From positions 17,408-81,407 of the forward strand of contig AP026679.1 in NCBI GenBank assembly GCA_025999155.1: a stretch of 64,000 nucleotides of DNA. The letters are read 5' to 3'. Within the stretch, counting starts at the first letter, position 1, and every line of letters begins with the position of its first letter. Of this stretch, positions 50,492-59,704 are shown one piece after another. The position numbers were made by a program, and so were the translations under genes. Below the pieces are notes generated by a model. The model did no database searches. It was not told where the DNA came from and worked only from the letters and a program-made list of their open reading frames with translations. The DNA is from Candidatus Dojkabacteria bacterium. GTDB taxonomy: Bacteria > Patescibacteriota > Dojkabacteria > JAOAGR01.

Positions 50492-51613
50492 ATGGTGTTT
50501 TCTTGGAAAAATCTAGACTATCCTGTTGTACTTTGTCCGCCGATGGATGGAATTACGGATAACGCTTTTCGGGAATTAATTGCTAGTTTTGGTGGTAGTA
50601 GCGTTTTGTATTGTGAGTTTGTGAACGTAAAAGGGTTGATATATCAAAATAGTAAAACATTATTCGAATTGCGTTATACCGAAAATCAGAGACCAATAAT
50701 AGCTCAGCTTTTTGGTAATGATCCTAATGATTTTTTCAATGCTGCCCAAATTATAGTAAAACTCGGATTTGATGGAATAGATATAAATATGGGTTGTCCT
50801 GCTCATAAAGTTGCCTCAAAAGGTAGTGGTTGTGCATTGATGAACAAAACTGATATTGCAAGAGAAATAGTAAGAGCAAGTATTGAAGGTGCGAAGATCG
50901 CAGCAAAAGAACTTAAGTTGGCACATGACTTTGAAGTGTCTTGCAAAATGCGTTTAGGAGTTGATGATAAAAATAAGGTATTAGAACATGGTATTGCAAT
51001 GATAGAAGCTGGCGCTAAAGCTATTGCTATACATGGTCGTACTTTAAAGCAAATGTATTCTGGACATGCAGATTGGGATGTAATTAGAACCTTTGTACAA
51101 CTAAAGCAACATAAGTATGGCGATAAAGTCCCAGTTTTTGGATCAGGTGATGTAAAAAGTCTATATGATGCATTTGTACGGATACTAACGACCGGTGTTG
51201 ATGGTGTCATGATTGGGCGAGGATCTTTTGGTAAGCCATGGATATTCGATAGAAGCAAGGTTGATTTATTAAGATATTATGTACATCTTGTTGAACAAAA
51301 ATTAGATAAAAAATCTGGCTATATTACTTTGGAAGAAATAGAGCAACTTGATAACATAAATGAAATAAAGTTGGCTTTAGAAAACCCTAGTATGAGCTTC
51401 GATGACATAAAATCGATTGTTATCAGGCATGCGAGACTTATGTATGATGAAAAAGGAGATACAGGTATTTTACAAATGAGAAAGCATTTGGGTTGGTATT
51501 TTCATGGGTTCGAAGGAGCAAAATCTTTACGCAGTAGGCTAGTACGAGTTAAAACTTTAGAAGAAGTAGAAAATGCATTAGACTCATATTCTTCTAATTT
51601 GCAAGACGAGTAG
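50492..51613 (+). CDS. tRNA-dihydrouridine synthase
   Basis: CPPMDGITD and DINMGCPA motifs. TIM-barrel Dus core plus a C-terminal helical domain. Confidence 0.85.
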   Translation: MVFSWKNLDYPVVLCPPMDGITDNAFRELIASFGGSSVLYCEFVNVKGLIYQNSKTLFELRYTENQRPIIAQLFGNDPNDFFNAAQIIVKLGFDGIDINMGCPAHKVASKGSGCALMNKTDIAREIVRASIEGAKIAAKELKLAHDFEVSCKMRLGVDDKNKVLEHGIAMIEAGAKAIAIHGRTLKQMYSGHADWDVIRTFVQLKQHKYGDKVPVFGSGDVKSLYDAFVRILTTGVDGVMIGRGSFGKPWIFDRSKVDLLRYYVHLVEQKLDKKSGYITLEEIEQLDNINEIKLALENPSMSFDDIKSIVIRHARLMYDEKGDTGILQMRKHLGWYFHGFEGAKSLRSRLVRVKTLEEVENALDSYSSNLQDE

Positions 51614-51652
51614 AAACTACCACAGCCATATGCTAAATTATATTATATAGAT

Positions 51653-53350
51653 ATGGCGTACGTCAGACAAGTTCCACAAAATATTATGACCGTTGAACTA
51701 AAGATTTTTGACTTCATGACACTCAAGCAATTTGGTATATCGGTTACGCTTATTCTAATTTCATTTCTGATTTACTTCATATTCAGTGCCTTTTCGCCAT
51801 GGAATATTGTTATCCCTGCTTTGATCGTTATCGTTGGAGCTATAGTTATGTTTGTCCCCTTCAACGGAGAGCCATTCCAAGAGTTTATATCCAATTATTT
51901 GGAGGCCATGATTTCTCCTCAAAGGCGAATTTGGCATAAAAAAGGAATTATCCTTAAAACAGCGGCCGATAAGGCCCGGATTTACCAATATGGTACGGAA
52001 GGTGTTGCAAGTAGACCTCTGATTTCCAATATGCAACTAGCTCAAGATCAGCAGCAACAAAGTCCTGAGCAATCGATGCTAGACAAAGCCGAAAGTGAGT
52101 TTTTACAGAACTCTGCTAATGTTAATATCGATCAATCCGTACAAATACAGAATGGCAGTTATACCCCTCCTATGCAAAAAAAACTTGCTTCCAACAGTAA
52201 TGTGGTCCGAGGGGGAGGCAATCATTCTTTGCATGAAAATCAAGCTAATATTTCAAAAAAAACCTTATTTAATTCGGTAAATGTATCCGCTAATAATCAG
52301 AATACAGTTTCCTCACCGTCTACGACACAGGTCGCTTCGAATTTACAGCAAAAGCATCAAAATCAAAGACTAAATGACGAAGCAGCAGTGAAAAATTATA
52401 TTTTTGGTAGTATAGAGGATTACGATAACAAACCTGTATCAAACGCTGTTGTATATATCAAAATGTCGGATGATCAAAATGTTCTTGAGTTTTTATATAC
52501 AAATGATGCGGGTGAGTTCAAAACGAATTATGAATATGAAAAAGGCTCATATGTGATACAAGTTGTATTTGATGACAGTATTTTTAATACTGTCACCATT
52601 GAACATGAACCAATAGATCCGCATCCTGTATTGATTCATCCTGCAGATTATGAGCAATATCAATTTAACAAAGCTAAGGAAGAGAGTTCTCTTTCTAAAG
52701 AGGTTCACATGTTAGCCGAAAACGGAGTATTTGCAGGTAATTATGATGCCTCTTTATTTTCTCTTGGCAGCGAATACGAGGAGTCTAATTCTTTCACGAC
52801 ATCGAATCAAAAATCCGTGTCGATAAATCGGGATACTGATATAGATATCGATAGACAAAATAACTTACCGCAAGGACCAGCCGCACGCACTTTTTCATCT
52901 GGAGGATACTACAATGCTGCAAATAATTTGTTTGATGAGTTTAATTCACATCGTGTAGTTAATAATTATAAAGATACAACACCGAATACTCCCCCTTCCA
53001 CTAATACATCCAATCCTCCATTACAGAATCTACACTATTTTGATTTTAATAAAATGCCAAATGTAAATTTAGCTCTTGATCCCTCTGTAAATTTACCTAA
53101 CTCAATTAATGGTATTATAGTAGGACCAAATAAACAAGGATTGGCAGGTATTTTAATACAAGTGTTTGATAAAAATGGTGGATTGGTGACTTCTACAATC
53201 ACTGATGCCAATGGTGTATTTCACTCTTTTTCACCTTTACCAAATGGTGATTATGTTTTATATCTCAGCAAGAATAACCAATTTTTAGTTGCATTTACTT
53301 TAAAAACATTTGGATCCGTAATACCTCCGAAATTAATTCAATTTATATAA
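51653..53350 (+). CDS. PrgI-family (VirB3-like) membrane hairpin fused to two carboxypeptidase-regulatory-like beta-sandwich domains
   Basis: N-terminal roughly 100 aa: VPQNIMTVELKIFDFMTLKQF, two TM helices, then NGEPFQEFISNYLEAMISPQRRIW, matching the PrgI-family pattern. A Q/N/S-rich linker follows, then two CarboxypepD_reg-like repeats (VSNAVVYIKMSDD...NDAGEF...GSYVIQV; LAGILIQVFDKNGG...TDANGVF...GDYVLYL). Confidence 0.55.
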   Translation: MAYVRQVPQNIMTVELKIFDFMTLKQFGISVTLILISFLIYFIFSAFSPWNIVIPALIVIVGAIVMFVPFNGEPFQEFISNYLEAMISPQRRIWHKKGIILKTAADKARIYQYGTEGVASRPLISNMQLAQDQQQQSPEQSMLDKAESEFLQNSANVNIDQSVQIQNGSYTPPMQKKLASNSNVVRGGGNHSLHENQANISKKTLFNSVNVSANNQNTVSSPSTTQVASNLQQKHQNQRLNDEAAVKNYIFGSIEDYDNKPVSNAVVYIKMSDDQNVLEFLYTNDAGEFKTNYEYEKGSYVIQVVFDDSIFNTVTIEHEPIDPHPVLIHPADYEQYQFNKAKEESSLSKEVHMLAENGVFAGNYDASLFSLGSEYEESNSFTTSNQKSVSINRDTDIDIDRQNNLPQGPAARTFSSGGYYNAANNLFDEFNSHRVVNNYKDTTPNTPPSTNTSNPPLQNLHYFDFNKMPNVNLALDPSVNLPNSINGIIVGPNKQGLAGILIQVFDKNGGLVTSTITDANGVFHSFSPLPNGDYVLYLSKNNQFLVAFTLKTFGSVIPPKLIQFI

Positions 53351-53351
53351 T

Positions 53352-54143
53352 ATGTCAGGTACATCTCAAAGTCTGAATCATACACAATCTCGTTATCCAA
53401 GTGCTCAAAATGTTCAATCACCAGCCACACCTGGTAGTACTGAATCTACAGGAAACGTCGTAGCAGATACTTTTCACATGCTCATAAACTTCTTTACCGC
53501 CGATCCGAACAAGCAGAAAGTTTTAGCCTCCACACAAGATCATTTAGATATCTATGACATTCGTGACGATCTAGTACTACTTAAAAACGGTGACGTAGCG
53601 CTGGTGATCGAAACGACTGCCGTGAATTTTCAATTGCTTTCAGCATATGAACAAGATATAAAAATTAATGCTTTTAAGGATTTGATAAACTCTCTAACGT
53701 ATGAAGTTCAAATAGTCATTCATACTGAACCTATCGATATGCGTCGTTATCTCAACTATTTAGAAGAAAATTATCATGCTTTGACTAATCCGCATCTTAA
53801 AAAACAAATGAGGATATATATTGACTTTGTAAAAGATCTTGTTGTACAAAATAACATACTACAAAAACGTTTTTTTGTCGTAATCCCTCATAGGTCTGGC
53901 ATACTTACAGCAGAACAACTAAACCCATTCCAAAAAGCTATTGACGTGATTCTTGGTAGAAAAAGGTTTACTGAATTAAAGGATGCTGACAAAATTATTG
54001 AAAAGGCTAACATTGCCTTAATACCAAAACGTGATGCGCTGATGAAGCTCTTGGCTGCTATGGGCATTGGTTCCAAACAATTAACCACTCAAGAATTGAT
54101 TAATTTGTTTTATAGTTATTATAATCCGGTAAGTAATTTTTAA
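53352..54143 (+). CDS. stand-alone VirB4 N-terminal-domain-like protein (no ATPase domain)
   Basis: After an S/T/Q-rich roughly 45-aa leader, the blocks HLDIYDIRDDLVLLKNGDVALVIETTAVNFQLLSAYEQD, LINSLTYEVQIVIHTEP, KRFFVVIPH and ELINLFYSYYNP are colinear with the N-terminal roughly 200 aa of Gram-positive-type VirB4 ATPases (Orf16/TcpF/PrgJ-like). The ORF ends before any Walker A. Confidence 0.45.
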   Translation: MSGTSQSLNHTQSRYPSAQNVQSPATPGSTESTGNVVADTFHMLINFFTADPNKQKVLASTQDHLDIYDIRDDLVLLKNGDVALVIETTAVNFQLLSAYEQDIKINAFKDLINSLTYEVQIVIHTEPIDMRRYLNYLEENYHALTNPHLKKQMRIYIDFVKDLVVQNNILQKRFFVVIPHRSGILTAEQLNPFQKAIDVILGRKRFTELKDADKIIEKANIALIPKRDALMKLLAAMGIGSKQLTTQELINLFYSYYNPVSNF

Positions 54144-54170
54144 ATTTCAAATCTTATTGTACAACTAAGC

Positions 54171-55670
54171 ATGAAACAACTTTTTTATATAACACTAGAT
54201 CCAGAGAGAGCTTTGGGAGTCGAAGATCTTCTCCCTTCATACCACATTTTGTATTCTGAATTAAATCAGTTAACGATTCCAATAGCTGATAAGGGAATCA
54301 ATATAAAGAATATAGTTCCCAGTGCTGAAAATAAGATTCGCTGTACGGCTGATATTTTAAGACATCCTGCTACTCATACGTATGTGAAGGAAGTTGCACA
54401 TGGGCAACCCAATATACTGGTATTTAAAAATGATGGAAATATCGCAAAGCTTGCTCATACGTATAACTATACGCTTTTAAACCCGCCTTACGAATTAAAT
54501 AGCAAATTTGAAAATAAGATCGAATTTGCTAATTATCTAAAGGCCCGCAATATTTCACAACCGGATTATGTGATTTATGATAAATTTGGGGATGTTGACT
54601 ATCAAACTATCGCCAGTAGGTTTGGAAGAGAGTTTGTTGTGCAGTTTATGTTTGGCTACTCTGGCAATAGTACTTTTTTTATCAGTGATGAAAGTCAGCT
54701 CAAAGCATTACAAGCACAATACCCTCTACGCAAGTGTAAAGTCTCACGAAAAATTAATGGACCTACATATACTGTAAATGCATGTGTAATACGGTTGGGA
54801 GTAGTAGTAGGTGGTATATCAGAACAAATCACAGGAATTCCTGAATTAACCTCATCTGCAGGCGGTACAGTCGGCAATGATTTCAGTCAGAGGCATTTAA
54901 ATGATACACTGAGATCGTATCTTGTAGATCAGACTATGTTATTTGGTGAGTTATTGCGTAAAGAGGGCTATCGAGGCATGTTTGGTCTAGATTTTATTTT
55001 AGACATGCAAACACAGTCTTTTTATTTGATAGAAGCTAATATCCGTCAAGTCGCGTCAGCAACTTATGTAAGTTATTTACAGAGAATACATCAGGTAGTG
55101 CCGATCATGCTATGGCACATTCTTGAACTTTTGGATGTGGATTATTCGACGCACTTAGATTTGTTGGATCAAGAAGCAGAGGAATGGATCAATAATGGTA
55201 TTTCGGTTTTTCGTCTGAGTAATGATAGATTTGGATGGAATCTCCATAATAATCAACCCATGCAAGCCTCACAAATATTATTTCGTAACATAAAGGATTA
55301 TACCGTTCAGGTAATCGAACAATTTCCTACAGGCATCTATCGAATGCGAGGAAGACATCCGGAGGATGCTTCTTTATTAGAAAATGATGACCAATATATG
55401 GCAGTGTATAGATTGAGGGAAGATGGATGGTCTACGCTCTGCTTACTAGCGCGAGGTTACAATATTATACAGGCACGTAATTTGAACGGGTTTTTAGTTC
55501 TAACTAAACCCGAAAAAGCTATTGTAGAGCCCTTAGGTGAAATAGGTAGAATACAAGTGCTAGAGCCAGCATTTGGCTCGGTGACAGATAAATACCCATC
55601 TGGTTGGATCATGGATGTTATTCGGTGCATTTATGAAAATATGCGATTTATGAAATTTATGGAAGCATGA
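54171..55670 (+). CDS. ATP-grasp domain protein (large, 499 aa)
   Basis: Central ATP-grasp pattern (FGREFVVQFMFGYSGNSTFFI...; GMFGLDFILDMQTQSFYLIEANIRQ). Extra N- and C-terminal regions of unknown function. No Walker A. Confidence 0.5.
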   Translation: MKQLFYITLDPERALGVEDLLPSYHILYSELNQLTIPIADKGINIKNIVPSAENKIRCTADILRHPATHTYVKEVAHGQPNILVFKNDGNIAKLAHTYNYTLLNPPYELNSKFENKIEFANYLKARNISQPDYVIYDKFGDVDYQTIASRFGREFVVQFMFGYSGNSTFFISDESQLKALQAQYPLRKCKVSRKINGPTYTVNACVIRLGVVVGGISEQITGIPELTSSAGGTVGNDFSQRHLNDTLRSYLVDQTMLFGELLRKEGYRGMFGLDFILDMQTQSFYLIEANIRQVASATYVSYLQRIHQVVPIMLWHILELLDVDYSTHLDLLDQEAEEWINNGISVFRLSNDRFGWNLHNNQPMQASQILFRNIKDYTVQVIEQFPTGIYRMRGRHPEDASLLENDDQYMAVYRLREDGWSTLCLLARGYNIIQARNLNGFLVLTKPEKAIVEPLGEIGRIQVLEPAFGSVTDKYPSGWIMDVIRCIYENMRFMKFMEA

Positions 55671-55703
55671 ACAGTAGCGTGGATTGTGATATTCTCATAA
55701 TAT

Positions 55704-56498
55704 ATGATAGTTGTTTTTGCAAATCAAAAAGGGGGAGTAGGAAAAACTACTACAACCGCAAGTATAGCATCAATACTTGCAAAACAAGGTAAGAAAGTCC
55801 TAGCTATAGATATTGATCCCCAAAGTAATCTGACTTCCGGTTTTGGCTTTGATAAGTCTCGTGATTATTTGAGTATATATGAGGTTCTCGTACACAATAT
55901 AGATGTAGCGGAAGTATTCGTTGTATCCGATATTAATGAAAATCTACATCTTATTCCTTCTAAAATTGATTTAGCTGGTGCGGAAATAGAACTCGTATCT
56001 AGATTTTCACGTGAAAAAATTCTGAAAGAAAAATTAGAAAGTGTAAAAAATGTTTACGATTATATCCTCATAGATAGTCCACCATCACTAGGGCTGCTAA
56101 CATTAAATGCATTGGTTGCTTCTGACGGGGTAGTAATACCGGTACAATGTGAATATTACGCATTAGAAGGAATTTCGCAACTTGTTAAAACTGTAGATTT
56201 GGTCAAAAAATCAATTAATAATGATTTAGAGATATTTGGTGTAGTTATGACCATGTTTGATGCACGAACTAGATTATCATCGGAAGTTGTTATAGAAGTA
56301 AAAAATTTTTTTGGCACTAAAGTATTTGATACAATTATTCCTAGAAATGTCAGGATTTCAGAATCCCCATCATATGGAAAACCCATCGACTTATATGATC
56401 CTGCTTCCATTGGTGCCAAAGCTTATGAGAAACTTACTCAGGAATTCATCGAACGAATGAGCAAATATGGACGAATGAGCAACTATGGAGAGAAATAA
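55704..56498 (+). CDS. ParA/Soj-family partition ATPase
   Basis: Deviant Walker A (NQKGGVGKTTT) and typical ParA length (264 aa). Not adjacent to parB. Confidence 0.85.
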   Translation: MIVVFANQKGGVGKTTTTASIASILAKQGKKVLAIDIDPQSNLTSGFGFDKSRDYLSIYEVLVHNIDVAEVFVVSDINENLHLIPSKIDLAGAEIELVSRFSREKILKEKLESVKNVYDYILIDSPPSLGLLTLNALVASDGVVIPVQCEYYALEGISQLVKTVDLVKKSINNDLEIFGVVMTMFDARTRLSSEVVIEVKNFFGTKVFDTIIPRNVRISESPSYGKPIDLYDPASIGAKAYEKLTQEFIERMSKYGRMSNYGEK

Positions 56499-57051
56499 AC
56501 AGCCAAAAGTGGTCAATACCTTAGAACTACGTAAAATCAAAAAGGCTCAAGACGCAAAGATTATAAAAACTCTAATTGGCTTAGGTGTTGCCTTGCTTTT
56601 ATTGTTTTTATTGGTGTTAGTGGCTGTTATTTGGCGGAATGACTTTAGACAAATACCTTATCTGGATCAGATCGGAACTCAGAAGTCTACAGATAAAATA
56701 GTCGATTCCGAAGATATACCTTCAACACCCACAAATGTGCCTACAGAAGCCTCCATCAATGTAACTCTGAGGCCTTTAGAAGAACAAATACTTGATAGAA
56801 ATTTTAATGATCTAGTTTTCTATCCTGAGGGATTTATATACAACATTAAAATTCGCAAAGATACCGTTTTGACTCTGATTAATAATACGGGTGCTCCATT
56901 AGGTCTCGAGTTCTCGGACGGTAGAACCGTTAGTCTACATGTCGCCGAACGGAAATCTATGATATTTTCACAATCCGGTACTTATTCTTTTTATGAAATA
57001 GGCACTAATACTGCTCAAGCTATAGAGGGCACCATAATTGTAGTACCCTAG
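56485..57051 (+). CDS. hypothetical membrane-anchored protein with C-terminal cupredoxin-like beta domain (no metal ligands evident)
   Basis: N-terminal TM; C-terminal beta-rich stretch (TLINNTGAPLGLEF...SGTYSFYEIGTNTAQAIEGTIIVV) lacking the Cys/His copper ligands. Confidence 0.3.
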   Translation: MERNKQPKVVNTLELRKIKKAQDAKIIKTLIGLGVALLLLFLLVLVAVIWRNDFRQIPYLDQIGTQKSTDKIVDSEDIPSTPTNVPTEASINVTLRPLEEQILDRNFNDLVFYPEGFIYNIKIRKDTVLTLINNTGAPLGLEFSDGRTVSLHVAERKSMIFSQSGTYSFYEIGTNTAQAIEGTIIVVP

Positions 57052-57059
57052 TAAATATT

Positions 57060-57998
57060 ATGAGAAGGAATCTTTTTCTACATCATGGAGAATGTGAATA
57101 CTTGGTTTTTAAAGCTTGCAAAGAATTCAAACAAAAGTCAAAAGACAATGGCTATGAAATTCGTGAAATTCTCGGTCATAAAAATTTAGATGCGAATGTA
57201 ATTATAGAAGCTATAAATTCAGCATCATTATTTGGAGAGAATTTTGTTGTGGTTTTACGTGATCTTGGAGAAGGAAATTCGCTTTTTGATTTTGTTGATG
57301 ATTTAGTTGAATTTTTGCAGCAACATGACAATTTTTATCCTTTACATATTTTTCATCAAGGGAAAATATCCAAAAATACAAAAATTTATAAGCTATTTGA
57401 GAAACTTGGGAAAATAGACGAATATTCTATCCCTACGCATCCAGAAATGGTAAAGATGGTGAAAAAAAGTTTGCCAATTGATAACGAAGCAGCTGAACTT
57501 GTAGTAAGAAATGTCAATAGAGATTTATTTGCATTACGTAATGAAGTGAAAAAACTATCTACTTTAAATCGTTATATAACTTTTTCTGATGTAGAAACGT
57601 TCGGTTTTCGTTTCATTGAAACTCAGGAAATTTGGTCTATAGGAAAGGATTTGATTAACTATTTAAGAAATCACAATATACAAAATAAACTTAATTTGCT
57701 CTTTGGGATTGAAGAATTTTTAGTCAGAGATGTAGATCCTATGCTAATTCTGTATAGTATGTATAGTTACATAATCAGGTTTATCAAACTACAAGAGCTT
57801 GTTTTACAAGGAAAAACATTTAAAGAATGTCTTTCTCTGGGATACTATTTTGTTAAGGAGAATTTCGATAATGTCGGCAAAATTTCAAATTCTGAGTTAT
57901 ACAAACTAAATTCTGATTTACTTGATTATGAATTTGCTGTTAAAAACGGTGATTTAGACCCTACTTTGGGTATTAGGCTATTTGTGTTGAAATTATAA
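57060..57998 (+). CDS. holA: DNA polymerase III delta subunit
   Basis: N-terminal region colinear with HolA (YLVFKACKEF...ILGHKNLDANVIIEAINSASLFGENFVVVLRDLGEG). Confidence 0.6.
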   Translation: MRRNLFLHHGECEYLVFKACKEFKQKSKDNGYEIREILGHKNLDANVIIEAINSASLFGENFVVVLRDLGEGNSLFDFVDDLVEFLQQHDNFYPLHIFHQGKISKNTKIYKLFEKLGKIDEYSIPTHPEMVKMVKKSLPIDNEAAELVVRNVNRDLFALRNEVKKLSTLNRYITFSDVETFGFRFIETQEIWSIGKDLINYLRNHNIQNKLNLLFGIEEFLVRDVDPMLILYSMYSYIIRFIKLQELVLQGKTFKECLSLGYYFVKENFDNVGKISNSELYKLNSDLLDYEFAVKNGDLDPTLGIRLFVLKL

Positions 57999-58076
57999 TA
58001 CTTCCGGTTTTTATACTCGTTTCATTGTTCGTATTCTGATGGCTTTGAAAATTTTTTGTAATATAATCCTACAATT

Positions 58077-59219
58077 ATGCTAATTCTTGGTATTGACACT
58101 TCATGTGATGACACTTCTGCTGCAGTTGTTTATAAAGATAATGTTTTGTCGAATATCATATCATCTCAAGTTCATGTACATAAAGATTGGGGTGGTGTTG
58201 TCCCTAGTTTAGCTAAACGCAAGCATGAAGAATTGATAGATCACATTATTGAATTGGCATTAACGAGATCTCGCAAAAAAATAACGGATGTTGAGGCAAT
58301 AGCAATCACAATTGGTCCTGGGCTTGCTATAGCTTTAGAAGTGGGGATTAAAAAAGCTAAAGAATTGGCATTGCTCTATAACAAACCCATAATACCTATA
58401 AATCACATGGAAGGCCATGTTTATTCAGCTTTAGCAAAAAATTCAAAAGGAAAGCCTGATATAGAGTATCAACTTCCAATGCTTGCCGTCCTCGTTTCAG
58501 GTGGCCATACAGAAATAGTCTTAATGAGAAATCATGGTGAGTACGAGATTTTAGGGCAAACCTTAGATGATGCTATTGGTGAAAGTTTTGACAAGGTTGG
58601 TCGAATTTTAAACATGGGCTATCCTGCAGGCCCTGTGCTTGAGAAAATTGCAGAATCAGGTGATGAAAATACCTACTCTCTACCCATTCCTATGCAACAC
58701 TCAAAAGATTTAAATTTAAGCTACTCGGGATTAAAAACGGCCACTATGCGTATTATAAACGAAGAAATTGGAGCATTAAATTCATTTGGTATGAAATTTG
58801 CTAAATCTCTTAAAGCTTTGTCTTACTTGGATAAGCAAACTCACAATCAGGAATTAGAAAAAAAGAACATCTCGCATATCATTGCAAATATTTCTGCATC
58901 TTTCCAAAAGGCATCGATTGAACAGGTAATACTTAAGGTGTCACAGGCCTTAGATATTCTTAGAGGTCAAGGCATTGATATACAGGATATGATTATTGCT
59001 GGGGGTGTTGCACAAAATAAATATTTGAGAAAAAAGTTTCGTCGTGTGTTTTCTTATCTGCGTATACATTATCCGACTAGTAAAAAATTGTTCACGGATA
59101 ATGCTGCAATGATTGCTGTTGCTGGTTATTTCAACTATTTAAATAATAAAATATTAACAAAATTAGATGAGATAAATAAAATCGATAGACTGCCGAATTG
59201 GAAATTAAATGAGATTTAA
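58077..59219 (+). CDS. tsaD: tRNA N6-adenosine threonylcarbamoyltransferase TsaD
   Basis: N-terminal ILGIDTSCDDTSAAVV, metal-binding HMEGH, and a C-terminal GGVAQN block. Contains a roughly 35-aa insertion relative to typical TsaD. Confidence 0.85.
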   Translation: MLILGIDTSCDDTSAAVVYKDNVLSNIISSQVHVHKDWGGVVPSLAKRKHEELIDHIIELALTRSRKKITDVEAIAITIGPGLAIALEVGIKKAKELALLYNKPIIPINHMEGHVYSALAKNSKGKPDIEYQLPMLAVLVSGGHTEIVLMRNHGEYEILGQTLDDAIGESFDKVGRILNMGYPAGPVLEKIAESGDENTYSLPIPMQHSKDLNLSYSGLKTATMRIINEEIGALNSFGMKFAKSLKALSYLDKQTHNQELEKKNISHIIANISASFQKASIEQVILKVSQALDILRGQGIDIQDMIIAGGVAQNKYLRKKFRRVFSYLRIHYPTSKKLFTDNAAMIAVAGYFNYLNNKILTKLDEINKIDRLPNWKLNEI

Positions 59220-59324
59220 TTTACATACTGGAAATAGCCTTGTCGTTTTGATTGATTCTTATATAAAAAGCAGAATAACACTATAAGACTATTGACTTAC
59301 ACAACTCTTTATTTTACTATCACT

Positions 59325-59352
59325 TTGGCAGAGTAAAGTATTATCTGCTAGC
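59325..59352 (+). promoter_or_regulatory. CIRCE-like imperfect inverted repeat upstream of groES (TTGGCAGAG-N10-TCTGCTAGC)
   Basis: Seen directly 27 nt upstream of the groES start. It shares the left half-site TTGGCAGA and the right half TCT(T)GCTA with the dnaK-upstream element at 40164. Confidence 0.45.
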
Positions 59353-59378
59353 AGTTAGTTAAGTAGTTTGAAAAGGCT

Positions 59379-59675
59379 ATGGCAGACAAAATAAAATTCA
59401 AACCAATCGGGGACAGAGTCCTGGTAAAACCAGACGAACCCGAAACAAAAACAAAAAGTGGTATTATTTTAACCGAAAACAGTGTAGAAAAACCAAAAAG
59501 TGGTATAGTTCTTGCTCTCGGGACAGGTATTATGTCCGATGGTAAAGAGTATAAATTTACTGTAAAAGAAGGTGCTCGTGTTTATTGGGGGTATGGAGGT
59601 AATGAAATGGAAATTGATGGTGAAAAATATTTAGTTATATCCGAGGGCCAATTACTAGGCTACGATGAAGAATAA
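59379..59675 (+). CDS. groES: co-chaperonin GroES
   Basis: 98 aa with the FKPIGDRVLVKP and mobile-loop pattern. Confidence 0.9.
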   Translation: MADKIKFKPIGDRVLVKPDEPETKTKSGIILTENSVEKPKSGIVLALGTGIMSDGKEYKFTVKEGARVYWGYGGNEMEIDGEKYLVISEGQLLGYDEE

Positions 59676-59704
59676 TTTTTATATTATTTGGTTTCAAAAT
59701 AACC

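Noticed and set aside
54171-55670. The 499-aa ORF as the missing VirB4 ATPase domain (split gene), or as D-Ala-D-Ala ligase
   Set aside because: It has no Walker A or B and shows ATP-grasp-type blocks instead. Its N-terminal region does not match the Ddl N-domain, so only the generic ATP-grasp call is supported.
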